DNA of 63,085 bases, the filler included, from Collodictyon triciliatum (Eukaryota), in the NCBI GenBank assembly GCA_043381765.1. It is 13 parts of 13 records of this genome, joined end to end, with 100 filler letters (N's around TTAATTAATTAA, not from the genome) between each part and the next. Parts side by side here need not be neighbours in the genome. Positions count along the whole stretch, not along the records: positions 29,121 to 33,873 come from JBHJMP010005794.1; positions 33,974 to 38,725 come from JBHJMP010005795.1; positions 38,826 to 43,577 come from JBHJMP010005796.1; positions 43,678 to 48,429 come from JBHJMP010005797.1; 9 more parts are not named here. One strand, given 5' to 3'. Below the pieces are notes generated by a model. That model was given only the letters and a program-made list of their open reading frames with translations, made no database searches and had not been told where the DNA came from. Shown one piece after another: positions 33,722 to 47,263 of this stretch; position 1 is the first letter of the stretch; each line of letters begins with the position of its first letter. A program made the position numbers and the translations under genes.

Positions 33722-33973
33722 GTAATCTTTATTCACAATATTTTGGTACAAAAAAGTGTATATATTCAATCTCATGTATAAATCCTTTTTCAAGGTGAAA
33801 TTTGCAGCAAAAAAAAAAGAAAAAAAAGAAAAAAAAAAAAAAAGAAAAAAAAAAAAAAAAAAAAAAAAAAAAANNNNNNNNNNNNNNNNNNNNNNNNNNN
33901 NNNNNNNNNNNNNNNNNTTAATTAATTAANNNNNNNNNNNNNNNNNNNNNNNNNNNNNNNNNNNNNNNNNNNN

Positions 33974-36900
33974 CAAAATAATCTTCAAATTCATCGAGCC
34001 GACATAAGGAGTTAGAATGGCAGCTTTGTGCTCAGTCATACAAAAGCCAATTAGGGGGAGAATGTTTGGGTGCTTCAATTTCCTGGAAAAAAGCTTTATT
34101 CATATGGAAAATTCATATATCGAAAAAAAGTCTGAGGAATTGGTTACCTATGAATGAAAATCTCCCTGACTATTTTAGACTTGTCCACTTTGACATAATC
34201 TGCTCTCACGATTTTGGCTGAAATCTCGAAGCCCTACGGAGTTTAGATCTTTCAGAAATAAAAAAAATTGGACATATGTTTGAAAGAATAGAATTATTTG
34301 CCAGGAACTCACCTTGTAATCTGCTATATATACCACACTATGAGCTCCCTTCCCAATAATCTTTCCGGTCAAGCTTATATCTGACCAGGGAATGCTTACA
34401 CGCTGTAACATCTTCTCGTCAATATCTGATGAGTTTCCATCGACAAAACTCTTCTCCGTAGGTGCTAGTATATTTTAGAATCATGTTTTTTAAAATAGCT
34501 TAAGGAAGAGAAAAAAGGGACTATCGGAGTGTAGATTGTATAAATACCAAACATATCGAAATCCTTATTGTCCACCATGTTTGGATGCTGCCATTTTATT
34601 TCCTATTTGTAATCAAAATTACATGCTAATTATCTGAAGTTAAGTTTGAAATAAAATAATAATTAAAAATAACCTTCGTTGAATTTCTTTTGTAGTAATT
34701 TAATATTTTATCATCTTGGTCAGGCAATTGAATTTTATTCGGCAGAGAGGATACATACATCTATAACATTTTAATTATGATAAAAGCATTCAATCATGTC
34801 AACCATCCTGCACAAAATTGAAAGGAAGAATAAAAAAATGATAAAACATTCAATATCCAAATCTGAAATACTCATTTTTCCAAAATTCAAAAGCGAAAAT
34901 AAAAATTATTCAAAATTAGGAGACATGAGATACAGAGACAAAAAGTTGCAAGTAGTTTTTTTTTTTTTAAAAAAAAGAAATGCATGCAAGGTAAAATTGG
35001 AAATAAACTTCATAAACCAAGCTATCTTCATTTATTAACGGTGTTGCTGGTGATATTAATCTTGTTGTTACAAAAATTTGAACCCTACTTTCTCCTACAA
35101 ACTGAATATTAAATCAGTCAAGATGCATCAAAAGTATGTTGATTCGTGATTTTTGAGCTTTGAATAAATAAAAACCTATTTGATTCTGTGAAGAATATTA
35201 TGAAAAGTCATATTATCTGATGATTTAAATACCCGTCAAATTACCTTTAAAAGTTTCCGACCTAGTAGCATTTGACCGTTGCTTGCAAGTACAGATAATT
35301 CCCTCACCCGTTCAATCAACTACATTTATTTATAAACTTTTTTATTTACTTATTTATCTATGTTTTTTTTTTTTACAATATGAAAAAAGCAGAAGGTAAG
35401 AATTAAGGTAAGAATTAATCTATCAACTAAAAAAAGACCTTTCCTTTCGGTACGTATAAGTCACCATCACGTCTAGTAATGCTACACTCTCCAAAGTCGG
35501 CCACCTGGATTAGATATTTAATACGAAATGTGTTGTAGGACACATATATCTTCTATTCGGGATAAGTATTTTCGTTTTACCAGAGAAACACTTAGAGATA
35601 CGGAGGTATTTTTTGGTGGTTCACTTGAAATATTTTCATGTAATCGGTTGTTATGAGGCCAACAAATTTGCTGAAGTTCTACTTGAAGCTGATGGCAAAA
35701 CCTAGAATTATTCATCTTTTTAGAAGCAAAATATTAACTAAGCTTAATACAATATACCAAATAATCGTGAAATATTTTAACCAAATCTGGCTTAACTGTA
35801 AAGAAGAAAGCGGCAAAGGGAACAGCAATAATGATTCGTTCGGCTTTTTTTGAATTTCCGTTCCACCAGCAGATATCAGAACCTAAGCAATTTTTTTCAA
35901 AAATAAAAATCACAACCGAAGCTATGTTTCATAAAAAGTTAATCCCCGTGGTTTATATCGTATTTAAATTTATAAGTTTATCTTTTTTTGGTAACCTTAT
36001 CAAATATATGTCTGAACATAATAATCGCTTCTATTATATCATCGGGATATTCGGACCAAAGCCTTTCGAGTTCATTAATGTGCGCGCACACAATTGTCAT
36101 TGGTTCTTTTCCGCTTTCACTTTCACTTTCACTTTCACTTTCATTTTCACTATTTCCTGAGGCCTAGCGATTATTTGGTAAGTTTTAAAGTAACTATCAT
36201 AACCAAAAATTACATTTTACTTTTCAGGACTTTGCATCTAACAAATATTTTTTAAAAACCTTTTCAGGGACTCTCTCATGTGGTTTGGTAAATTCACGAA
36301 GGTATTCCTATAATATTTAGTAAATATATGTGAGTATGAAGGCTCATTAGAAAAATTTTCCTGATAAAATACTACCGCTAGCTTTTCAACTACAGAGAAT
36401 AAAGGAATTCTTCGTGAAGGTTGAATTTCAAGGAGTGATTTGGTAATGATGCACTCAATATCCAATCCTTGGATTAGATTTGCATCTACTTCATCAGGCA
36501 GTTCATCGTAATTATAAGGTTTGCTTTCCAAAGTCATATTCTTTGTTTGCTTTCCTGTAATAAGTTCCCAGTATATGACTCCGATACTATACAAATCAGA
36601 TTCTACAGTGTATACAGGGAAATCTGTGATTTCGGGCGCCACCCATGTGTTCTTCTTTCCTCTTAAATTTGGCACTAGAAGAAGCTCTATATCTCGGACT
36701 AAATTGCTGAAAAATATGGCGGTCAATATTTTCAAATAAAATAGAAGATAATTTCTTTTCATAATATTAGGAGCATACCCTATCTTTGCAACTTGAAACG
36801 AATTGACCTACGAATTCACTTATGTATTAATGAATTGAATATGAAGAATAAATTCCTGATGATCAAATAGTATATAATAATAATTCCCCTCACATAGATG

Positions 36901-38700
36901 GTATAGCTTGTCAAATTATTGTGTAGTTTTATAGGTTCACAATTATGCAAGTAGTGTAAACCTTAAGATATTCATGAGAAAAGAATACATAAGTTGAAAG
37001 TGTACATGCTGTAATTTATTCAATTCAATTCAATTCAATTATTTTAACCTAGGGATATTTGATGCATGAACTCGAGAGCTATCTTTTTTCAATAATTTCG
37101 TGTAAAGACATGAAGTTGCGTAAGGTTCTATTTTTCATTCACTCATAAAAGAGACAAGGCAATTCTGGGTCGAGACAAACACCCAAATATAGCATCAGAT
37201 TAGGATGCCTGTAATTCCTGGATTTTGTTGATTGAATATTAATATTTGAGAAAAATATTTTTTTGTGTTAATTCTTCAAAACATTGTTGAGGTTGGACAC
37301 GTCAACTCAATATTTTAAAAAAAGAAAATGCCATGTGTAATTACATCAAATATTCGCTTTTTTCCTTCATCGAAGCAGCAAAGTTGTCATTTTTGCATTT
37401 AAATATTAAAATTGTAGCGTTTTGCTGCGGTATTTTACCATCGAACACCTAAATCCTTGGTTTTATTTTGCAGAATTTTAGGCAATACGTTTTAAATTCC
37501 ACAAAACCGCGAATATATACATACCTCATACAATAAATCGTTTCGTATTTGATTGTGAAAGACTATATCATCAGAGCGGATAATAACGAGTCTTTTCTGG
37601 GTCCTGTCAACGTAGGTACGCAGTCGTCCGGTATAAAATCGTACAACTATTATGGCAGCTAATACCGTAGCCCCAACAACACTGCACACAACAAGTACAA
37701 CAATGTCCCTTTGTCCATCAGTTCCTTGCGTTGAAAAAAGAAATCAGGTGTTATATTCCAAAAATAAGTGAATAACAGAGCATACCATCGTTTTTACTCT
37801 GTTCGTCGATGTAAGAGCCACACTCCTATTAGGTCGATATTAGAGAAATTACATGGTCAATAAAGCACCACCTTGCACAAAATCGAAAGGAAGAGTTAAA
37901 AAAACCGAAAAAATCTGACAAAACGACGGGTAAATAAAACATAAATTCTTATAAATACCTTGGTACCAAGGCGACATTTTTCACAAGAGTATGTTGTAAA
38001 ATTGAGTCTGTGTCCGTCCTCGCATACACAACCATGTGAGCGATGAAAGAGTGAATTACTTGGGCAAACTAACAATTTATGGAAAAAAAATAAAGAAATC
38101 AATAAAAAAAAACTCAGATATTACCGAAGTGATATCAGTTTTTTGAAAGGTGAGAGGGTTTAAAATTTTTTATGTTTGATACAATTTTGTCCGAATCGAA
38201 TAAACACTTGAATGATAAAAAAACAAAGCCATATGATCTCTCAGTTCCCACTGCAAGCGTATCAAAAGTGACACTGATGTTACCACTTATTTCTAGTTCA
38301 GTTGTTCCGCAGCCCTCCAACGTGAGAGAGACGCTATTTGTTTTGTAGTTATCAAGAACAGACAATCTAATTGCGTTTCATGGTAAGTAAAATCCAACCG
38401 AGTAATTAATGTATTATCTTGAATAAGGAATTATAGAAATTATTCATCTTAAGAAAATATGGGGAATTACATATTTCCTTTTCCAAAACAGTAGTCAATA
38501 ATAGCTCTGTTCGACTGAAGAACATTTCATGCACAATGCTGTCCATGAAAATAGGGAAATGTACCACTCCCATCGTCAAAGTATTGCAAATTATGATTTC
38601 CTCAGATAACTGTCACATCATTATTTGAACAAAAACCTACATCGATATGCCATAAGTTTCTGCGATATCAAATCTATCTCTAATTGATGATTACTTGGGC
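33974..38700 (-). pseudogene. Single-pass receptor-like TKL kinase with Cys-rich ectodomain and two kinase domains, disrupted, partial
   Basis: CVCEDG...CEKC ectodomain; TM segment IVVLVVCSVVGATVLAAIIVV; degenerate kinase 1 (RHPNLMLYLG, LHNNL, WVAPE, DLYSIG); start of kinase 2 (IIGKGAHSVVY, LKHPNIL). In-frame TGA at 37139-37141 and a frameshift at about 37085. Confidence 0.7.
34795..34837 (+). mobile_element. Ultra-short A-tailed insertion, family A (CCTGCACAAAATTGAAAGGAAGAATAn), with TSD
   Basis: Flanked by ATGATAAAAGCATTCAAT (34777-34794) and ATGATAAAACATTCAAT (34838-34854). Other copies are at 5643-5676, 37866-37904 and 49231-49270 (minus strand). Confidence 0.85.
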
Positions 38701-39559
38701 TATAAATAGTGAGCATGTTGAACTTNNNNNNNNNNNNNNNNNNNNNNNNNNNNNNNNNNNNNNNNNNNNTTAATTAATTAANNNNNNNNNNNNNNNNNNN
38801 NNNNNNNNNNNNNNNNNNNNNNNNNGTATGTATGTATGTATGTATGTATGTATGTATGTATGTATGTATGTATGTATGTATGTATGTATGTATGTATGTA
38901 TGTATGTATGTATGTATGTATGTATGTATGCATTCATATTTGTGTACTATGTAGCAGGAGTATATATAAAAATATTATCAAAAATAGATCGTGTCTCAAT
39001 AAATATTTCTTCTACCTTTTATTCGCTGAACCTTAAAACATTACTTTCATTTTCATGTCATCATCCTTACGTTTAATATATGATTACTTTGACTCCGATT
39101 ACAGAGAAAAAGAAGACGTTCTTTGCGTCCAAAAATTGATGAATAATTGCTGGATTCGGTTGAATTCCCACGATAAGCTTCCACGTGAAACCGCATCACC
39201 AAAGTTGTTGTTTGAGTTGTCAGGATAATATCAAAATGCACATACTTCAATATTAAGCTTTATCACGCCCTCCAAAAAATAAGAAAATAATTTGAATATA
39301 TTAACTGCAACTTGAGCTTTTACCTCACCAAGCACCATGAATACTTTTTTGTTTGTTTGTTTTTTTGGTAGCCATCGGATGGTCCCCTCACCATCAAAGG
39401 AACATGCCAGACCCAGGCATCAGCGACACACCTCGTAATAATTTTCTTAGCTTGATGCTATGCGAAACGAAAACCATTTTATCTCTTCGTTCAGAACGCT
39501 TTCATTTTGCACATTTGTCATTTCAATTCCTTGCATCCTCATCCAAATTACTATAAAGT

Positions 39560-40620
39560 GATCCAACGGCCTCATCACCCCGGAAGAAGTCTCCTGCGGG
39601 CCATCTCAGGCTAGTCGGACCACCATCGTCCCCATCGCGGGATGCAAAAGGGATATCTTTGGAATCGAGATTTGCTGGTCACGATACAAACACCCATAAC
39701 CCCCGCCACCAGCAGCAAAATTCCATACAGGTCACTTCATACATCCAAACGCAATTCCAGACAGCACCTCCAGAAAACTTGACCTCCCCAAAAGCGTAAA
39801 GATGACTCTTATCTATATCTGAGCAATAATAGATTCCTTTTCCGTTTCATTCATTTTGTTTTACTTTTTCTTATTCTTTTCCCGAAGACAACAAAATGTA
39901 TGAATCCATGCTTCATAGGAAAATAAAATAAGGATATTAGAGCAAAAGAACAAAGCGAAGCAAAATATAACAAAGCAAAGCAAAACAACACCATTTACTA
40001 ATAAAGGAGACGAGGTCATCTTGATGAGCACCATGCAAGCGAATATCGGCCTACTCTCTCCTATGTTCCAAGCCCACACCGCTCTACTTCATCGAGAGGT
40101 TCATCTGCAGGCTCGATGGGGAACCCAAGTAAATATAACGAGACTTCCTATTTAGAATTTTTTTTTAACTCGGAGATATGCTCTATTATTATGATTCTAT
40201 CGTATGAAAAATCGAAAGAACATAATGCTGGAACAATCAAATAAACAACAACCAATAATCAAACTGTAAATAAAGGGACACTATCTCCTTACCTTATGTT
40301 GCTGATTTTAGTTATATATATTAACATTAAAATGCATGCCACCGAATAGGAGCAAAACCTCCCCTCCCTTACAATGCTTCATCTCCGGTGGTCTCGAGTG
40401 GTGCTTCTTCAACGCGGTCGGACGGCAGGGAATCAACTCCCATTCAACAATCGCGAGGTTTTCCAACATGAAAATCTAATGCCAGTACTTAATGTTGTCT
40501 GCAAAAACTTTTACTGATGTTGCCTACAGCGATAACGTCAGACCGCACGTCGTTGGAGTCTTGCAGGCTTCCTCAAATCGACCCGAGATTTTCTTCATTT
40601 CGGTCAAAGTCTGCCCCTTC
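39560..40620 (+). mobile_element. Highly decayed non-LTR retrotransposon reverse-transcriptase remnant
   Basis: Broken motifs occur in the expected order: ITPEEV..AI (~39575), YRP(I)SLLC needing a 1-nt repair (~40043), RQG (~40423) and AYSDNV at the YADD position (~40522). Confidence 0.5.
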
Positions 40621-41540
40621 GAAAGGAGACGTGAGCAGTTTTCCACCTTGACTCTAGTGTTTCTACCTTCTTAATATGCTTCAAAGCAATTACAGAAAGT
40701 CAAAAAAGTAGCCGAGAAGTATGACATGTTGTTACAAATATCTCTTTTGTTCACTCCTATCTGGACCCAATAACAGGATGAGAACCCCATTAAAGGACGA
40801 AAAGAGAAATATGGAGACTTGAGCTCCCCCGTGCTACCAAAATCAAGCGCGAATGAGAAATCATCACATCATGGCATGCAGCCACATTACAATTCAGGAA
40901 GCCCTTCAAAACTGAGATTCTCGCCTAAAGTTAACAACTGAGCCCACAAAAAACTTGATTGGCAAACTTACTCATTTTATTTTTTTATTCTCCTCCACTC
41001 AAGAACAGAAATTATATTTTTACTCGATTTTCTTCATTCTATTCTTCTCAAAATATCTTTCTAGTATCGTCAATCGAATGGGAAATAAAGAAGCCAAAGA
41101 TATTATAATTGAGGTGGCTGAATAAAAATCATGGAAAAATCATCCATGCATGATTTACAGCCAAAGAGTTTTGTGCCGCTAAGGAAAATCATAAGACAAA
41201 GCTACCACTCATTGAGTCTTGGACCAAGCAGCGTACATTCTACAGGAGGCTGGTTGATGTCAAAGTTTTTATTTCACCTTGTGGGCAGTTTCCGCTCCAA
41301 AAGCACAAGATGATATTATTCTCATGTAGCGAGCCGTTCATGAATCGCTTGGTATTCATCTCAGAGAAAAAGAAATGATACAAATTATGTATTAATAGGT
41401 AATTCATATCTGGAAATCAGTGGTGGTGACCTTTATTTCTTTGTCAGTTATTCGTGAACTTTGTGAAAGAGAGTGAAGAGTACAGATTGGAGCACAGGAT
41501 GATGGACTGTAGTGCGCCATACGATGATATATCCTGCGTG

Positions 41541-42417
41541 CTAGGCATCTACGCTGGACACAACATTTTCGCCCCTATTTTTGTACGCCTTGTACGAAAT
41601 GTGAATCGAGCCAATAAATGACAAGACCAAGGAGACGATAAGGACGAAGGAGGATATAAAAGGTGACTTCTCAGACTTGATTTCAATTTGATCATCATAA
41701 TAGTTCCAAGGGCTTAACAAAGAAATTATCTGCGATTTCAATTCATCAGTTCAACATAAAAATTAAAAGTAGGAGATGATTACATTTTGATGGCATTAAA
41801 TTTAGGCCTTCATGTGAATAAAATAATTTCCTAACCTGGATCTTTAATTCGAGAAGAAGATAATCATAGTATCTTTCCACGCCCTCTTGTCCGATAAGGA
41901 ACCAAGCAAGAACAGAAACTACATTTCCAATGCATCCAGCAACATAGAGGAACCAGAGCCTCTTTTTCTTTAAGAAAAGTATTTCATGTTAAAGTTTAGC
42001 TTCATATTTATTTTATACAGAATCATATGCCTTTAATCGTGCGCTTTCTTATCTTGTATCGAATATCAGTTATATAGTTATTTTTGATGAAATTAGTACC
42101 TTGAATATATTGGCGAGCAAGGTAGAGAGGAAAAGTAGAAGCGATATGACACCGAACGCAAAAGTTACGCCGCCTCCAGTTTTGAGCTTTTTACAACCGT
42201 TCTCAATTTCTTGATCTACATCTCCGCAGTCATACTTTGTAGAGGTGCCGTCCGTTTCCAATGAATTGAACCCAAACATAATTTCGACATCATCCTCCAG
42301 TATAGGTTTGACTTTGAAGGTAATTAAAGCATAGTGGTCGATCCCAAGCGCCGCAATAGTAGCAGCGAGGGTCAATACACACCAAATGACGACAGCCACA
42401 TCAATTTTATCACCCAT
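41541..42417 (-). CDS. Four-transmembrane claudin/amastin-like membrane protein
   Basis: Three phase-0 GT-AG exons encode four hydrophobic helices, with a first loop FGF...C...C, ending in TAG. Confidence 0.7.
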
Positions 42418-42999
42418 GGTCGATCAGAACGGGATTGTATCTTTGGTTTCTTAAGAATGGAGATGAGTCGGGTTAGGAGCTCTGGGAAACAAGCGACTCT
42501 GCAGGAGCACAGTCGATGATATCCATGACAAGTGCTTCGTGCTCAGTCTGTCATGTGTCGATTTCGATTTGTACGTCTGGTGTGGAGAACCTGATTGTGC
42601 TTGTTCAATAAAACTAAGCGGTTGTGGCACATTCACTCCATATTTAATTCCAATTGATGAATCCGTTACATTCCGTTGAAGTTCTAACATATAAATTTTA
42701 CTTAGTATGGATATGGAAATATAGCCTAATATGACAGCCCAAAGTATGATTACCATATCAGTAAAAGGGCCAAGAGCGTTGGTACATCTAAGTGGTATGA
42801 TAAAGTGATTGCGAACTTGAAGCGCACGCGATTTTCTTGATGTCAATAGGTAGGGCACAACTGTATCGACATGAGATTATAAAACATAGTACATCTCACA
42901 CATGATTTTTCGATCAATCTTCCCGCGCCGGATGGAAAACACAAACCTCAACCCCTCGAAGGCTTATCACGTTGCAGTCTGTTATTCTGGTTCCAACGC

Positions 43000-43577
43000 T
43001 GGTGCGGAAAACCGCAAGTTTATGTGAGACCAGGAAAACCCGTGCAAGGAAGCCGCCTGCAAGTCTGTCTGAGTGGACAGTATTTTTGCACGGGGTCGAG
43101 CAAGTCGTTTACAACAAGAACAAGGCCCGAAGGCTTACAGATGCGCTCGCATCCTTTTTGAAAGCGAACATGCTTCGGGAAGATTCCATCCAACTGCACC
43201 TACTGGACAGTGAAGGCTTTTGCCTGACTGCCTTCCGCACTGCAGAGAACGCCTGAAAGCTTCTGGAGCTGAAGCAGGTAAGTTTTCGATATTATAATTA
43301 GCTTCAGCAGAAGTAAACCAATAGAGACCTCGGTAATGCTCTACCAACAACCGCTGGACGTGTGACTGCAACTTATTCGTGAGGAGCTGAAGCCGTTCAT
43401 ACCGACCCACATGGAGATCAAAAAAGGACAAAGGCTTCTTCACAGACACGTCCGTGGTGAAGCTTTTCTGTCACAAGAACCAGCTCCCTGCAAAGTTTAC
43501 GGTCATGGGTAAGAAGTGTCCAAAGCGCATCCTCAAAGAGCGTCCGCCAGCCGCGAACAACGAACGACAAGCAAAAG
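43000..43577 (+). mobile_element. Decayed LINE ORF1-like fragment
   Basis: Intron-less, GC-richer reading with stops and shifts: VMLYQQPLDV*LQLIREELKPF...GFFTDTSVVKLF...LPAKFTVMGKK. This resembles the RRM-like part of L1/Tx1-type ORF1. Confidence 0.35.
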
Positions 43578-43953
43578 NNNNNNNNNNNNNNNNNNNNNNN
43601 NNNNNNNNNNNNNNNNNNNNNTTAATTAATTAANNNNNNNNNNNNNNNNNNNNNNNNNNNNNNNNNNNNNNNNNNNNATAACATAGAAATAACATCTAAA
43701 TAACATAGAAATAACATAGAAATAACATAGAAATAACATAGAAATAACATAGAAATAACATAGAAATAACATAGAAATAACATAGAAATAACATAGAAAT
43801 AACATAGAAATAACATAGAAATAACATAGAAATAACATAGAAATAACATAGAATAATAAATATAAACTAGATAAATTATATATGTGTATTTCTGCCATTT
43901 GCTTTACTTATCTATCAACCGAATAGAAGAACAGTGAAATAACATAAACTGAC

Positions 43954-44190
43954 GTCGTCATATCCGCGAGCGATTGAGTCAAAGACTTTGTGGCGTTCCT
44001 GGTCAGAAACAACGGACCGTGCCTCGCGCGCAGAGTTGATCTTGACACCGTCCGGGCTTATGCGCACAACGCCATTATTCGGTTGCGAGGGAGAGACGAA
44101 GGAGTAGGCCAGCAAGGCGGAAGTTCCGTACACACCGAGACCCACAAAAACTTTTGTTGGGAGCGAGAGCTGGGCGAACCTCCTGAGCAT
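43954..44190 (-). CDS. Mitochondrial methyltransferase OMS1-like, first exon
   Basis: Presequence-like MLRRFAQLS, one TM segment, then RHKVFDSIARGYDD and a GTCAGT donor. Confidence 0.55.
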
Positions 44191-44385
44191 CGACTCACCA
44201 CGCCCCTGCAAATCAACAGCCAGTTACATGGGTCAACCTTCCTCGACTCCAACCGCTGCTTTCCTGGCAGCTACGAGTTACTCTGTTTGTTGTCGATTTC
44301 GCGAAAGTGTGCGTTTTCCTCTGACAGCTTCTTGAGTGGCAGAAAAGGCGAGTGAGTGTTGGGTGCTGTTTATTCGGCGCTTCCT

Positions 44386-47263
44386 TCAAGACACAGCTGG
44401 CTTTGTCTTTACGACGTACTGGACTTGTGCTGCTCCTTTGCGGTCTGTGATGATGCGGCGATGAAAAGCGTGATTACTACGCATGTTATCTTGACCAGGG
44501 AAAGTTTCACGCTGGGGGAGGAGTCAAAGGATGAAGTACAGCAAAAGGCGGAAGCAACACTCACGACTGTTTGAGCCAGAGTATCCCTTCTCATATGAGC
44601 GAGGCTGTGTTTCGGTGGATGCAGATGCGCTTTTCTCCTGGATTTGCCTTTCAGAAGGCAGCTGAGGTGGATTCAGCTTGATGGACACATCAGGCATGGG
44701 CTTGGATAGAGCTGCTTTGTGCGGGTTTGGTGTCGTGGTAGCGGTGGTGGCTTCCATGCCGACTGCTGACTGGGCTGCCTCGGCCTTCTTCTGGATTCGG
44801 ACCACCCCAGGTTCCAGCGCCTTTTGCAGGGACTTGCGAGTCCAGAGCTGCTGGTCAGGGCGGGTATCTGTGCGTGTTAGTCGTGATTTATTTAGCTATC
44901 GAACAAACCACAAGACTCGACATCAAGGCACTATGTGCTGCTTTAGGTCACTGGCGAAAGCGGTCATTCATTTCCGTTTTAAATGATAAAAGGGAACAAT
45001 AAAAAAAAATCATAAAAAATCATAAAAAATCATAAAAAATCATAAAAAATCATAAAAAATCAGAAAAATCAGAAAAAACCATAAAAACCATGAATAACGA
45101 AAGAATGTAAATGGGGAAACAAACAAAAGAGGTCAAAATTCCTTCTGAAGTACCTTTTCTTTTCTCTCTATCCATGGTTTGGACAGTTTCTTGACTTGTG
45201 CTAGGAGAGTCTGATATGGTACTACTTGATGGGGTGTTAGGGGTTGACATGCCTTCTCTTGCATCTGAAAGCGGAGTTGTTTCTGCTGCAGTTTCTTTCA
45301 CTTTGAATACAATAGTCATATCTGACTGCGTTTTTGACTCTCCTTTGCGTGGCTTTGTCTTTTTGCCTGATAAATTATCCTCATTTCCTGCATTCGTGTT
45401 TTTTGCCTGCTCCGAACGCTCTGCTTCCTCTTTCTCTTTCTTTTTCCGGGCCTTCTCAGCCTTCCTACTGTTCTCAGAGGCCTGTACAAGCCTTCGTGTC
45501 AATAAACCAGATATTTATGTAAAGGGATTTTTGCATGGTTTACGAGGAAAAGTGGAATACTGGTAAAATAATCAAAATCAAAGAAAATTAACTAGAAAGC
45601 AAACTTTTTTTTGTGTGTATTTTTTGATAACTTCGTTTGATCCGTCTTCTGTGTCTTTGCCTCGGTCACGGGTTATAATCTTCATCCCATCGCCCAGTCC
45701 CTGATACAAATATTGGTAAAATAAAAAATAATCATACAAGGGAAAAACAGAAGTGTGCACCTTGGGTGAGACTTTTAAAAAAAAAACGAACAAATGGTAC
45801 CGATGAAGATTTTGATTTTTAAAAAGAGGACAATATGTCTTTTTCGTATGTATTATGAATGCTCGGGTGGGGCCTGCTTTCTGGAGAAAAATTCTGTAGT
45901 ATACTGAGTTCTTTGCCAACAAGCGCTGCTCTCTTTTGCGTCGTAAATCGAGAATAAGCGGGCTCAGTATTGGTCCTTTATCTGTGATGGTGGAAATTCG
46001 AGTATGTAATACACAGGAATTAAAAGCCTTCAGATATTTTAATGAACCTCTCAATTATTTTCTTTACAACCAAGTACAAGCATACATGGAAATAGCATGG
46101 AAATAAGTGAAGCACTTGAATAATCATGTTTATGAATTTGAATTTTAACGGAGATCACATCAACAGAAATAATAAACTAAACTAAAATGAGAAATAAAAA
46201 ACTACTTGTTTCAATAACCGAGATGTCCTGCCGATCAATTTGTATTTCTGCACTGGGAAGCAGTTCGATGGGCTTCTTCAGTTGTTCGAGGAAGCTTTGG
46301 TAGGAAGGATCTGCATACAGTTGTAAATCAAACATAGAGGAAAGTTCTGATTTAGTCGATTTCAAAATATCAAGGCACAATTTCATTATTCCAACAAACG
46401 AGAATGTCAATTATGATGACATACAATAATTAATCCGGATTTTGAAAAAAAAAATTGATGAAAATTAGACAACTCAAATATAAACATTATTGTTAATCTG
46501 TCTCCCATGAATGTGTGATGGGTGCTCTCAAATAAGATAAAATAAATCAAAATAAAAAAGACGATACTTTAGGATATTTCATCTGTTCAAGATTGTATGT
46601 TATTGTTAGAAAATCCATGCGATATATCATAACTAGTTAAGTGAATTACCATTTTCAATAGTGTTCTGGTATTTATCTTGGTTGCAGGGCTTTGGAACTT
46701 TTTGATGTGGAGCATACTCAACTTGGGCGAGATACTCTACTCCTGTACGTTTTTTTTTTGGGTAAACGGAAGTCTTCTGTTTGGTCATATGAAAAAAGTA
46801 TGTGTTTATATATAAAACTCTGATGAAACCTTTCTGGTCGATGAAGGAATGGCCCTGAAACTTGTCGTAAAATGCATACAGTTTTTCCTCAGAACTGAAG
46901 GCAAGATACGCAACGGAGTAAACAACTCCTTCCTTCCTGTTGTGGGGGTGTTTCTAAAGCTGAATAAAAATCGAAAAGAAAACGATGAAGAAAAAAAAAG
47001 AAGACTGAAAGGAGCCAGCCCAGTATCTGCTCCAGACAATGGAACACGCGCCAGGATCGATAGAGGCACAGGGCACGCTTGACAACTCACCTTGTCCGGC
47101 CTTTCTCGTAGTTCATCCACGAAACTCCGTCGACAAAACCTTCGATCGCTTTTTGGAAAAGCTCGCTCGACAAGGACGGAGGCAAATGGCGGACAATGAC
47201 TTTGAAGCGGGCACTCTCCATCGCCTCCTTTGGTGCGGCTGCTCCCTGGTCTACCTTCGACAT
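44386..47263 (-). CDS. UPF3: Nonsense-mediated decay factor UPF3
   Basis: Spliced KVIVRHLPPSL, VAYLAF...FYDKFQGHSFIDQKGVEYLAQVEYAPHQKVP, TIENDPSYQSFLEQL and an EJC-binding-like RPDQQLW. Confidence 0.92.

Noticed and set aside
28625-37141. Alternative genetic code suggested by in-frame TAA and TGA
   Set aside because: TAA, TAG and TGA all end conserved or complete genes here. Dynein, BTAF1 and HSD17B10 exons have no in-frame stops, and the TGA sits beside a frameshift.
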